NCBI GenBank assembly: GCA_021513715.1
Contig: CP084167.1
Span: forward strand, 32,001-96,000
Source: Candidatus Heimdallarchaeum endolithica
GTDB lineage: Archaea; Asgardarchaeota; Heimdallarchaeia; Heimdallarchaeales; Heimdallarchaeaceae
Direction: 5' to 3'
DNA length: 64,000 nt
Part shown: positions 1-9,315 of the stretch, one piece after another
How the letters are laid out: every line of letters begins with the position of its first letter
Numbering within the stretch: the first letter of the stretch is position 1
Made by a program: the position numbers and the translations under genes
Notes under the pieces: model-generated
Told to the model about the DNA's origin: nothing
Database searches by the model: none
What the model saw: only the letters and a program-made list of their open reading frames with translations

Positions 1-1
1 A

Positions 2-100
2 ACTGTTTTATTATGTTATGAAAGAGATCCAGAATTTTGTCATAGAAGCGTTATAACAAGTGAGTTAAAAAGAGATGGTTATCATATTGTTCACTTGTAA
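2..100 (+). CDS. DUF488-family protein, C-terminal fragment (gene starts before the window)
   Basis: Frame 2 reads TVLLCYERDPEFCHRSVITSELKRDGYHIVHL*. LLCxExxxxxCHR is the C-terminal DUF488 motif. Confidence 0.75.
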   Translation, partial: TVLLCYERDPEFCHRSVITSELKRDGYHIVHL

Positions 101-946
101 TTAAAAGAACTCTGTTATCTTTCTATTTTTTCTTTTTGGTGGATAATATAAACTGATAATAATCCAATTATTGTAGCTACTTTCTGTTCCTATTATAAAA
201 TGTAAATTTTTTTCAGTCATTTCCTTTATACATTTATATTTTACTGATTTGTGAGCTTTTTCTATCCCTTTACTTTTTTTTTCTTTTCTCCAAAGTTCCA
301 AAATTTCCCAATCTTCTATCATCATTTTATGCCCTTTACATCGGTTGTCATTGCATTTAAAGACATACCTAAAAATAAAAGGTATATGTTCTACAGGTCT
401 AACTTCAGCTTCATAGTCTCCAACTAGTGTTGTTTGTTTACCATTAATTAGTTCTTTTTCCCATTTTGAACCTCTTTCTTTAGGTTCTATAAGAAAATCG
501 TCTACACTCTTTGGCTTTATGATTGCAATAGTTTTAACCTTATTTTTTCTCAAATTATCTATATCTTCAATCGATTTACTCTTTGTCGGTAGAACTAACT
601 TGTTTCTTTTTTCCCATGAGGGGTCATTTTTTGTATCTGTAAGCGTTTGATCTATAATTTCAATTGATTCCATTTTAATCTTGAAACTATCTTTTCGAGA
701 TAATTTCTCTTTAGCTGGGGCAATTTTTGCCTTTATACGAGTAAATTTTTTTAGTTCGCCATAATGTTTTTTATAATAATCTAAACTTACAGGATATATT
801 CTTATCCACTTATACCTATTTTGCTCTTTTATCAAACCCGCTGTACATATTAGCGTTTCATACTTTTTACTTAAAATTGGTTATGTTTTAACGATTATGT
901 ATATCTCTTTTTCAATATAAGGATCTTCCTTCTTTTTTACATCCAT
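101..946 (-). pseudogene. Conserved hypothetical protein (VKTYP...CTAG...WIRIYP family) with an in-frame TAA
   Basis: ATG at 946 gives MDVKKKEDPYIEKEIYIIVKT*PILSKKYETLICTAG, in frame with ORF 101..835. The stop at 881-883 replaces the expected Tyr of VKTYP. The C-terminal part has FRYVFKCxxxxCxGHxMMIEDWE. Confidence 0.7.
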
Positions 947-1244
947 TTTAAGAAAATTCATATTTATCTACGCAACCACTAATGTTTTTATTAAATGAAT
1001 TAGTTAATAATCTATTTTTTGTTACTTTTTATTCATAATTTGAATCCACTAGCTATTTAATAATTGTCCACAGAATCAATTAACTGTTTTCCAAATGGAT
1101 AAAGCTTTTTCTTACTTGATAATTGTTCATCACATGCAGTTTCAAAAAATAAAAAGTGTTAAATGAGATCTAATATGAACCAATTAAAAAATCTTTGAGA
1201 TTCATGTTTTAGTATAAGCAAAAATTTTTTTTGTTTTATCTGTT

Positions 1245-1730
1245 CTATCTTACTCCCATATTCCAAGCTAATCTTTTTGCTGTTACTCTTTCCCATTTGT
1301 TCAAAGCACTTTTTGCTGAAATGGTTTCTGTTAAGAACGTATGTGGGAAATCTTTTATGAATTTGATCAAATCTTCCTTACTTTCTACTTTTTCTAAAAG
1401 GGCAGGTGTGATAAAGAATGTTACTGAAAAACCTGGTTCTGGTTCCGACATTACTATCCCTGTTTCTTTAAATAGTGTTTTGCAAATTCTTTTTAACAAC
1501 ATATCATCGAATGGATCTTTTATTTCTATTATTAGCGATATTAGGCTAGAATTTTTTGTTTTTTCTATTAGCCCATTTTCTAAAAAATATTGTTTTAGTT
1601 CCATTTTTTGGCATTCTTTACAAACCACACATGGATAGTTTATTCCTTTCATTGGACAAATAAAGTTGGAAACATTAAATGCTTCTCTTATCTTTCTTTC
1701 ATCATCCCAAAACTCGCTCTGTGAAGACAT
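1245..1730 (-). CDS. Hypothetical protein with an N-terminal Cys cluster (CPMKGINYPCVVCKEC)
   Basis: 161-aa ORF with a GGAG-type RBS upstream and normal composition; family not recognised. Confidence 0.55.
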   Translation of the reverse strand: MSSQSEFWDDERKIREAFNVSNFICPMKGINYPCVVCKECQKMELKQYFLENGLIEKTKNSSLISLIIEIKDPFDDMLLKRICKTLFKETGIVMSEPEPGFSVTFFITPALLEKVESKEDLIKFIKDFPHTFLTETISAKSALNKWERVTAKRLAWNMGVR

Positions 1731-1786
1731 TTGCTACTCCTTTATTTTTTTTTACTATATTAAAGATTTATTGATAACTAAAGAAA

Positions 1787-2233
1787 TTAAACATAAAAGA
1801 TTTTTTCACTTTGTTTTATTAATTTCTTATCTCTTCTTATCCAAGTAGGATAGGAAAAAGCTTTCATATTTTTAGAAATAGTCTCCTTTAATTCCCACAA
1901 ATAACGAAAGCTCTCTTCTATATTTTCATCAAAAGATTCTAAAAACTTTTTTGAGGATTTTTTGAACTTCTTTAATCTCTCTGTTGCCTTAACAGGATTA
2001 GCTGTTCCTCTTGTCTTTTTAAATTCTCCTTGCCATTCATAGAATTCTTTAAGATTGTAGTGATATTTCATTTCAACTATGATTAATTCTAAATCTGCAC
2101 GAATATTCCATAAAGCTTCTCTATTCTCGCTTGGAGGGATATCTTCTTTATTCAATGAAGAACGAACACGGGAGTATTTGTTAAGTATCTTCTTTATTCT
2201 TTTTTTTAGATCTTCTTTGTTCACTTGAAGCAT
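1787..2233 (-). CDS. Hypothetical basic helical protein
   Basis: 148-aa ORF; no recognisable motif. Confidence 0.6.
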   Translation of the reverse strand: MLQVNKEDLKKRIKKILNKYSRVRSSLNKEDIPPSENREALWNIRADLELIIVEMKYHYNLKEFYEWQGEFKKTRGTANPVKATERLKKFKKSSKKFLESFDENIEESFRYLWELKETISKNMKAFSYPTWIRRDKKLIKQSEKIFYV

Positions 2234-2343
2234 TAAGGAAGAAATGAATAGCCTTGTTTAAAAGTATTCCTTTTTTCTTAATTTAGCATTTGAAACAGAA
2301 TAGGTCTAGAAACACTATTAAATACTTGAATTTAGGAAAACAC

Positions 2344-3528
2344 ATGCAATCAGTAAAAAGATTCAACAAAGAATTTCTTATTGATGAAAACTTGATCTAT
2401 TTGGATTCAGCAACAACAGGGAGACTACCCAAAGAATCTTTTGAAGAGATGTCTTCCTTCATACTTGAGTGTAATGGTTTTCCTCGTGGAGCAACACATA
2501 AACTAGGTATTTGTGCAAGCAAAGCATTGAGAAAAGCTAGAGAAAGCATAAGTGAATTTTTTAAAGTTAATCCTAAAAATCTATTTTTCTTACCTAGTAT
2601 TGAAGTAGCTCTAATAAACAACATTTTCTCTCACAACTGGGCAGAAGGAGAAGAAATAATTACAAGTGTAGCAGAAGAACATTCAATTCTTGCTCCTATT
2701 TTAAAAGGTAGTAAAAAGTTTGGTTATTCAGTAACTTATCTTACTTTAGAAGATGAAAAAGATATTATAAAAGCTCTAAAAAATAAAATAACTGAAAAAA
2801 CAAAATTTGTCATTCTGTCTGCAGTAACTTATATAATAGGTTCAAAAAGAGATTGGAGAAAAATAATAGAAATAACAAAAGAGAAAAAAGTGAAATTTAT
2901 TTTTGATATAAGTAAAATAGTAGGACACGAGCCTTTGTACTTTAAAGATGAATGTCCTGATGCAGTAATCTTTTCATCTTCTGTGGGAGCTTTAGGTTTA
3001 CCAGGAGTTGCAGTACAAATATCAAAAGATGAATATATTCAAGAATTTGACCCAGTTCTTGTAGGTTCAAATTCTATTAGATTGATGAAAAAAGATGAAT
3101 ATGAACTGGCAGCGCCTTCTCTTAAATATGAACCAGGTGTACCAAATCTACCCGGAATAATAGCTCTAGCAAAAAGTTTGGAAGTATTAAAAGAGATAGG
3201 GCTAGAAAAAATAAAAGAACATGAGAACAAACTAAAAAAAATAATAGAGTCAAAAATAAAAGAAGACCCTAATATAGAAACAATCACTTTAGAAGGGATA
3301 GAAAAAGGGCCAATATATACATTACAAATTAAAGGATTTGACCCTTATGACATAGCAATAATACTGGAAGATGTGGGTAATATAATAGTAAGAGCAGGAT
3401 CTTTTTGCTCACACTTGTTAATGGATGAACTAGAAAAAGAAAATGTGCTACAAATATCTACTCATGTATTCAATACAGAAGAAGAAATAAATAAATTATT
3501 TGAAACATTAAAGATGCTAAATGAATAA
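2344..3528 (+). CDS. Aminotransferase class V / SufS-like cysteine desulfurase homolog with a degenerate active site
   Basis: YLDSATT, EEHS, EPGVPN and VRAGSFCS align with SufS motifs. FSSSVG replaces FSGHK. Likely start is ATG 2344. Confidence 0.85.
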   Translation: MQSVKRFNKEFLIDENLIYLDSATTGRLPKESFEEMSSFILECNGFPRGATHKLGICASKALRKARESISEFFKVNPKNLFFLPSIEVALINNIFSHNWAEGEEIITSVAEEHSILAPILKGSKKFGYSVTYLTLEDEKDIIKALKNKITEKTKFVILSAVTYIIGSKRDWRKIIEITKEKKVKFIFDISKIVGHEPLYFKDECPDAVIFSSSVGALGLPGVAVQISKDEYIQEFDPVLVGSNSIRLMKKDEYELAAPSLKYEPGVPNLPGIIALAKSLEVLKEIGLEKIKEHENKLKKIIESKIKEDPNIETITLEGIEKGPIYTLQIKGFDPYDIAIILEDVGNIIVRAGSFCSHLLMDELEKENVLQISTHVFNTEEEINKLFETLKMLNE

Positions 3529-3712
3529 TTAATCTTTTACATCATTATCACCTTCTATTTTTCTTTATTTTTTTGCATTTAATGTTTTAAAATGTTAGTT
3601 TATTTAGACAATGTAAAAAAAAACAACTATAAACAAAGAAATAAAGTAAAAAAAAACTTCTAAGTTTAAAATAGTTTAAATTTTTGTCCAAATTAGTTAT
3701 TTCTCAATTTTT

Positions 3713-4210
3713 CTAGGTACTTAACCATTTGTTAATATTTTCTCCATTATACTCTCTTGGATCTTTATATCTTATTCCCAAATGCTTGAAACACTTTTTA
3801 TCGCTTGATAACATGACAATGTTATCAATGTCTTTGGTTAATAAAGATATTTCATCAACGTCACAATTACATAAATTAAAGTCAATAATACTAAAATTTC
3901 TTAAAAATTTTCTAACATCATTATTGCTTAAATAGAGAATATCTATTCGATTTTGATTGAAAAAACGCATTATTCTTTTTATTTTATTATTAAAATCATT
4001 CCACGTTAGATCCTTAAAGATTGTACATCGTAGATTCTTTATTATTTCAAAAAAAACTGTCATTGTAATATACATTCTTTTATTGTGTTCGACCATTTCA
4101 TATAAAAATTTTGAAACTGAATTGTAAGCTAGTTGCTCTGAAGTTAAATCTCTGAACATATCAATAATAACTGTTGCATCAATGGGATAATAATGTTCAG
4201 GATAATACAT
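3713..4210 (-). CDS. PIN-domain (VapC-like) ribonuclease/toxin
   Basis: Acidic PIN pattern: IDATVII, VFFEI, DVDEISL and LSSDKK. Confidence 0.75.
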   Translation of the reverse strand: MYYPEHYYPIDATVIIDMFRDLTSEQLAYNSVSKFLYEMVEHNKRMYITMTVFFEIIKNLRCTIFKDLTWNDFNNKIKRIMRFFNQNRIDILYLSNNDVRKFLRNFSIIDFNLCNCDVDEISLLTKDIDNIVMLSSDKKCFKHLGIRYKDPREYNGENINKWLST

Positions 4211-4211
4211 T

Positions 4212-4589
4212 TTAATCTTCTACTAATGATTTCATTGCTTTCTTAATTTCTTCTGCACTTGATGCAATTTTCCCCATTTCTATTGTTTGTATTTTTTCAT
4301 CAACAATTTGAAACCATAATTTAGTTCCAACCTTCCAATTTAATTCTCTAATTATTTCTTTAGGTATTTTTACAATATTACCTGGTTGCAATATTGCTTC
4401 TTTTTCTATTCTAATTGGTAAATGTTTTATAGGCTCATTTAACTTTCTTGTGATTTTTAACTCTCTGCTTTCCTTAATTTCATAAAAATTGGTATATTGT
4501 TCATTAATCTCAAGACCATTAAATGATACATTTTCGTATTGTTCATCATATTCACTTTCATAAAGGCTTGTTCTACTCATTTCTCTCAC
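4212..4589 (-). CDS. AbrB/MazE/SpoVT-family DNA-binding protein (putative antitoxin) with an acidic N-terminal extension
   Basis: GNIVKIPKEIIRELNWKVGTKLWF matches the AbrB swapped-hairpin motif. The gene ends 1 bp upstream of the PIN gene. Confidence 0.75.
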   Translation of the reverse strand: MREMSRTSLYESEYDEQYENVSFNGLEINEQYTNFYEIKESRELKITRKLNEPIKHLPIRIEKEAILQPGNIVKIPKEIIRELNWKVGTKLWFQIVDEKIQTIEMGKIASSAEEIKKAMKSLVED

Positions 4590-5197
4590 CGTTCTTCAAT
4601 TTTAATCTTTATTTCGTTTAATTTGCTAATCAATTTTTCTAATTCAATTTTAGAAAGTGATAGTGTTACTATCCTTGGTTCAAGCTGGTTAGCAATGTAA
4701 TAAAGATAAAGATTTGCTTGAATTTCTTCTATATCGCTATTTTTACCAATGTAAATTTTTTTTGAGATATCATAATCAATTTTTGCTAGAACATTTGAAA
4801 CTCTGTTTGTGGCTGAAATTAGATAAATTTTCAACTCTTTGTTTAGTAAATTGATGATTTTTTTAAGCTTTTCAATTGTTTCACTAGAATATTTTGTTAT
4901 CTTAATTTCTCCATTCTTAAATTCATCATATATTGCAGCGATGATATTAGTTAGTAATATGCCAATTTCTTTACCAGATAAACCAATTTCTTCTTCAGGT
5001 TCAAAATATCGAGCGATTTTAATACCAAAACCATCTTCCATTGTGTCAATTCTTATCGTATTCTCTTTTATTGCATTTTGAATTATTTTGCTTAATTGTT
5101 TAGTTTGATTGATATCAAACTTTTTAATTATTTCTTCATCTTTTTGTATTCTTTTATTTTTTGCTTCAATGATATCATTTAAGTTTTGGTTTTCCAT
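4586..5197 (-). CDS. Putative COMMD-like protein (helical N-domain plus C-terminal COMM-like domain)
   Basis: The C-terminal ~70 aa (VLAKIDYDISKK...ANLYLYY...IVTLSLSKIELEKLISKLNEIK) follow the COMM three-strand plus helix pattern. Size is 203 aa. Overlaps the AbrB gene by ATGA. Confidence 0.55.
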   Translation of the reverse strand: MENQNLNDIIEAKNKRIQKDEEIIKKFDINQTKQLSKIIQNAIKENTIRIDTMEDGFGIKIARYFEPEEEIGLSGKEIGILLTNIIAAIYDEFKNGEIKITKYSSETIEKLKKIINLLNKELKIYLISATNRVSNVLAKIDYDISKKIYIGKNSDIEEIQANLYLYYIANQLEPRIVTLSLSKIELEKLISKLNEIKIKIEER

Positions 5198-5581
5198 AAT
5201 TTGTTCTTTCCTTAGATTATTTGATTCCTCTAAACTTAAATAGTTTTAGACTAATATTAATTTTTTTTTAGGAATAATTTTAAATGTTACTTACCTTTTT
5301 TTAAATAAAAGTTACTCTTTTAATCTACATTCTATCTTTCAGGTGAAACACAAAAGTAAGAAAAGATATGTTACTTATGAATTATTGTTCAATTTTGTAT
5401 TATAACAATTTTAATTTTTCACATTTTTATTTTATGTAGAGTTTTTATCAAAAAATTATAATGAAGTTACTTTGTTAATTGATGTTATCCTTTTTAATAT
5501 TGATAATTTTAAAGGGTCACCTTAGCTTCTTCATGGCATTGCTCACGCTTCACCAAATGCCTTACGATCATCCCCATATAT

Positions 5582-5605
5582 TTTGTACGTACAAATGTAC
5601 GTACA
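5582..5605. promoter_or_regulatory. Tandem palindromes TTTGTACGTACAAA + TGTACGTACA (candidate operator)
   Basis: A perfect 14-bp palindrome (5582-5595) is followed directly by a 10-bp copy (5596-5605), with a 12-bp period. Confidence 0.4.
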
Positions 5606-5884
5606 ATAAAATCATTTTACTTCTCTCTTCTAAATTTTTCTAAAGATGTCTTTTTATTAAATATTAGAAAGTGGGATGATTCTTCGTTAAAGTTAACCAT
5701 TTTGTTTTTCAAAAGGAAGTATATAAAATAACTGTAAAACTTATTCAAGAAAAGAAATATACTGATTTATTTCGTGAGGAGAAGAATAAAAAAAAGTAAT
5801 TGTGCAGATATTGCCTATTCTCTCATAAAAAAACTAAAAGAAATGAACAAAAAAGAGTATAAATCCTATAAGCATTACAATTAA

Positions 5885-6265
5885 TCAAATGATAAACAGA
5901 TACAGATCTAATGTTTTTATTGTTAAAGAGTTAAGCATTTCTTGAGCCTTTGTCTGATTTATTTTCTTCATTTTAAGAAAAACTAGTAGTAACGAGATGA
6001 AAATTATAGCTATAGAAATAAAACATAAAATTATTCCAGAAATAACTATTATTAGATCATTAATTAAAATCTCATTATCACGTAATTTCTGAAATGCAAG
6101 AAGGGAAATTAAAGCAAATAACAAAGTAAAAAAAGTTGCAATTAAAACTTCTATTCCTAGTTTTAATAGTATAGGAGTTAACTTTTTACCATCATATAAT
6201 CTATATTCAGAAAACTGTTTACTATCGTATAATTTAGATTCAGTATCAGATTCCGAGTTATTCAT
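5885..6265 (-). CDS. Small membrane protein (2 TM)
   Basis: 126 aa with two long hydrophobic segments. Confidence 0.55.
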   Translation of the reverse strand: MNNSESDTESKLYDSKQFSEYRLYDGKKLTPILLKLGIEVLIATFFTLLFALISLLAFQKLRDNEILINDLIIVISGIILCFISIAIIFISLLLVFLKMKKINQTKAQEMLNSLTIKTLDLYLFII

Positions 6266-6377
6266 TGTATTTCACTTTAATTAATGTTAAATATTTATAT
6301 TTTTTCACCAGAATCTCAATAATTAAAAGTGCTAATGAACCTATTACTCCTAGAAAGCAGAAAAACAATTAGCATGT

Positions 6378-7235
6378 TTATACTTTTAATTCTACTTTGA
6401 CAAAATCCTCTCTTTTCATCATTTTTTGCCATCCATCAATTAAGTATAATAAATTTAGAATAAATAATAAAACTGCTTGGATTATAAGTATAAAATATTC
6501 TCTTCCTTCTAATAGAGGATAAAGTCTATTCCAATTATTGTGAATATCTCCGTTCTTAATCTCCATAAACATTCCATCTAAAATTATTGTAAAGATGAGT
6601 AAGAGAGGAAGTTGTAAGAATAAACCTAATATAAAAGGCTTGGCTTTAGCTTTGACCAGCTTTTTTTCATTAAGATAACCTGTAATTGTAATAAATCTAG
6701 CAACAGACCAATAAGCTGCTGTGAACATGGTAAATAAAGCAAGAACTATAATTAAGCCTATAAGTAGTCCTTCTATTATATTGGGAGAATAAGAAAAGGG
6801 TGAGGGTTTATCAGGATAATTCTCAAAGAATCTATTTTCAAGTTTTTTTACAGAACCACTATGGTGAATGATAAGGAGTAGTATAATGCTTAAGATAAAA
6901 ATTTTGCTAACTTGAATTAGAGAAAGAGACCATTTACCTAAAAAAATCTTTATCCTGTCATCCTTATTTTTCCATTTTAACACTATAGATTCGTGATCAA
7001 AAAGAACATAAACTAAAGTATAGCACACTACGATAAAGATAAAGGCCTTTAAACTATCGAGAAAAAAGTAGTAAAAGTTAAAACTACAGTTTAATATGCT
7101 AAAAAAGAATAAGTAGATAAAGAACGTAACACCTACACTAAATTGCATAGAATTAAATCTATTACGCAATCCTTCATTACTTCTTATGAAGTTCATAGTT
7201 CTTTTGGGTGATGCTAAATTATTCATAAATGTCAA
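6378..7235 (-). CDS. Multi-pass membrane protein
   Basis: 285 aa with about six hydrophobic helices. Confidence 0.65.
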   Translation of the reverse strand: MTFMNNLASPKRTMNFIRSNEGLRNRFNSMQFSVGVTFFIYLFFFSILNCSFNFYYFFLDSLKAFIFIVVCYTLVYVLFDHESIVLKWKNKDDRIKIFLGKWSLSLIQVSKIFILSIILLLIIHHSGSVKKLENRFFENYPDKPSPFSYSPNIIEGLLIGLIIVLALFTMFTAAYWSVARFITITGYLNEKKLVKAKAKPFILGLFLQLPLLLIFTIILDGMFMEIKNGDIHNNWNRLYPLLEGREYFILIIQAVLLFILNLLYLIDGWQKMMKREDFVKVELKV

Positions 7236-7295
7236 ATCGTTTTAAATTCTTATCTTTAAAATCTTACTTAATACAATAAAATGAAAAAAATGGAG

Positions 7296-7463
7296 TTAAC
7301 CAATTACAACGTCATCATCTGCTATATCAAAAGTAAAACCAGTAACCCACGAAGCAACTAAAAGGATTGATGCAGCTACTCTAAGTGTAGTTGCTAAACC
7401 TGCTGCTCCTAAAGCATCTGCTACATGTATTATTGAAAAAATTCGAACAAGATTAATGTAAAT
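7296..7463 (-). pseudogene. Start-less C-terminal gene remnant, Gly/Ala-rich and hydrophobic
   Basis: Open frame IYINLVRIFSIIHVADALGAAGLATTLRVAASILLVASWVTGFTFDIADDDVVIG* with coding-like composition and no ATG. Confidence 0.35.
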
Positions 7464-7692
7464 TTATTCACTTAATGTATTTCAAGTAGATGGCTTAATT
7501 GAGAGTGCACTCGGGACAAATATGCCGTAATTCCGTGCAAGTAAAATTAAAAATAAAGAATATAAACAAAAGCCAAAAAAGATTGTGAAACTGTTATGAT
7601 TTTATTATTTGCTATAATAGTTGTGTTTGTTATTTACAGTGGACTGTAATTTTGTTACTTTTCATCAAAATGAAAAAAAAAACAGAAAATAG

Positions 7693-8199
7693 TTAATCAT
7701 TTTCTCCTTGTTTCAGAAATTTTTTTACTAAAGCACGATAGTATGGCTCTAAAACAAAGTTAATTTCCCTCTTTAACAGCTCACCACGATTATAAAAACT
7801 GGTCAATTGTGGAAAACTAGAAAATAGCAAAGTTTTAACTTCAATGTGGATTTTACTGGCGATATCAGAATTTTCAACATACTCTGTGTCGCAAAGTAAG
7901 ACAAACAACCCATTGTCAGGTGCCTTTGAAATAGTGATTATATAAGTTTCAAAAAACATCTTGTTTATATTGTCTCCTATGATCTCTTTGGCAAAACTGT
8001 TAATTGCTGTTAACAGTCCTGATACTAAAATGCTATCTGACAGAGATTTTTTTCCTTGTTCTTTTTCAAGTTTAAGTTTATCTTCATCATATGGGTAGTT
8101 AAGGATAGGGATTCCACTGCTATCTATTAACAAGAAAGAAAAAATTGGCCTAGGATAAGGATGCCATGGAGCAGTTCGACCATTTTCCATAGTTATCAT
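7693..8199 (-). CDS. Longin/roadblock-like domain protein (copy 1)
   Basis: FLLIDSSGIPIL...DSILVSGLLTAINSFAKEI is the typical Asgard longin/roadblock-like pattern. GAGGT RBS upstream. Confidence 0.75.
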   Translation of the reverse strand: MITMENGRTAPWHPYPRPIFSFLLIDSSGIPILNYPYDEDKLKLEKEQGKKSLSDSILVSGLLTAINSFAKEIIGDNINKMFFETYIITISKAPDNGLFVLLCDTEYVENSDIASKIHIEVKTLLFSSFPQLTSFYNRGELLKREINFVLEPYYRALVKKFLKQGEND

Positions 8200-8264
8200 A
8201 ATTTTAACCTCCCATTTTTACCTCCTTCAGTTGTAATAAATTGAAAAAAATAAAGAAATTTTTA

Positions 8265-8573
8265 CTATCTTCTGAATAATCTGAATCTACGACGACGTTT
8301 TTGCTGTTTGATATCAAATTTCTGTAATAATTCCATTGACAAATGATTTCCCACATCCGCTACACGATGAGGATAGTATTCTTTATAGATCTCTAAAATT
8401 TGATTAACTAGCATAGGAAGATCTTCTTTAGTTAGTTCTTCAGGTTTCTTATTAATCTGTTGACATGCCAACTCAACAGTATAGTAAGCTGACATTGAAA
8501 CTTTTGCTTCTAAGGCTTCAACCACTCTATAAAATATCTGTTTTTTCAATCTTAATGCTTCACTTTCACTCAT
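8265..8573 (-). CDS. Small helical protein with a polybasic-aromatic C-terminal tail (copy 1)
   Basis: Helical core ACQQINKKPEELTKEDL; tail KRRRRFRLFRR. Likely start is ATG 8573 after a GGTGA RBS. Confidence 0.7.
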   Translation of the reverse strand: MSESEALRLKKQIFYRVVEALEAKVSMSAYYTVELACQQINKKPEELTKEDLPMLVNQILEIYKEYYPHRVADVGNHLSMELLQKFDIKQQKRRRRFRLFRR

Positions 8574-8582
8574 TTTTTTCAC

Positions 8583-9176
8583 CTAATTTTCTGATTCTTT
8601 ATGCGAAATAGCATATATACATTCACAATTTTCCAACATATGCTCGATCTGTTCTTCTGATAGTCCCAATGCTTCTATTTCTCTTTTGCATAGTCTCATT
8701 TTTCCTCCTCTTTTACAACCAAGATGGATATAGTTGAAAACATATTCCCCATTTACAGTCATTGAAGAGATTATCATCTGTCTTATCTGCTGTGATATGA
8801 AGCAACCTATATCTAAAAAGCAGTTTCCTAAATTGTCTCCTGTTTGAAAATTTTTTAACACTTCATCAACTTTAAGATCGCTGTCATCATTGGCTAGCAT
8901 ATCTGCCATTGTTTCGCCAATTTTGCAAGTTTTCACAGCAATAATGTTTGCACCTATTCCCTCCACATCTGTTGTAGAATAATCGTCTACATAGGTTAAA
9001 GGAGAATTATTGTTGTGTATATCATCATAAAATTCCACTTCTGAAGAATAGTTTTTATTGCCGACTTCATCTACAATTTCTTTACCCAATTTCATTACTG
9101 CCATTACAATTTCATTAATGGACATACCCTCTTTCAGGTATTTTCTGATTTCCTCCTTACTAAATTTGCCCAACAT
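8583..9176 (-). CDS. Cys-rich putative ligand/metal-binding protein, possibly V4R-like (copy 1, intact)
   Basis: 197 aa with Cys in VKTCKI, IGCFISQQIR, HLGCKRGG and CECIYAI. Translationally coupled to the next gene. Confidence 0.6.
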   Translation of the reverse strand: MLGKFSKEEIRKYLKEGMSINEIVMAVMKLGKEIVDEVGNKNYSSEVEFYDDIHNNNSPLTYVDDYSTTDVEGIGANIIAVKTCKIGETMADMLANDDSDLKVDEVLKNFQTGDNLGNCFLDIGCFISQQIRQMIISSMTVNGEYVFNYIHLGCKRGGKMRLCKREIEALGLSEEQIEHMLENCECIYAISHKESEN

Positions 9177-9315
9177 TACACATCACCAGTTTATGAGTAG
9201 AATTGTAGTATTCTTACTCTGCTGACAAGTATATCTCGAGCAAGAACTAAAATAATTAAAGTAAGTTTTCTAATTTATTTTTTTTTATAAAGGCAAAATA
9301 CCGACATTATTCATA

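Noticed and set aside
1231-3287. Short opposite-strand ORFs (1231..1638, 1666..1848, 2397..2624, 3039..3287 and similar ones elsewhere)
   Set aside because: They overlap better-supported genes on the other strand and have antisense-typical F/S/L/I-rich composition.
5514-5576. tRNA or att-site remnant (GGG...CCCCA)
   Set aside because: There is no acceptor-stem pairing, T-loop (TTCRA) or cloverleaf.
7503-7512. 10-bp palindrome GAGTGCACTC
   Set aside because: It is a single short palindrome without a second copy or supporting context.
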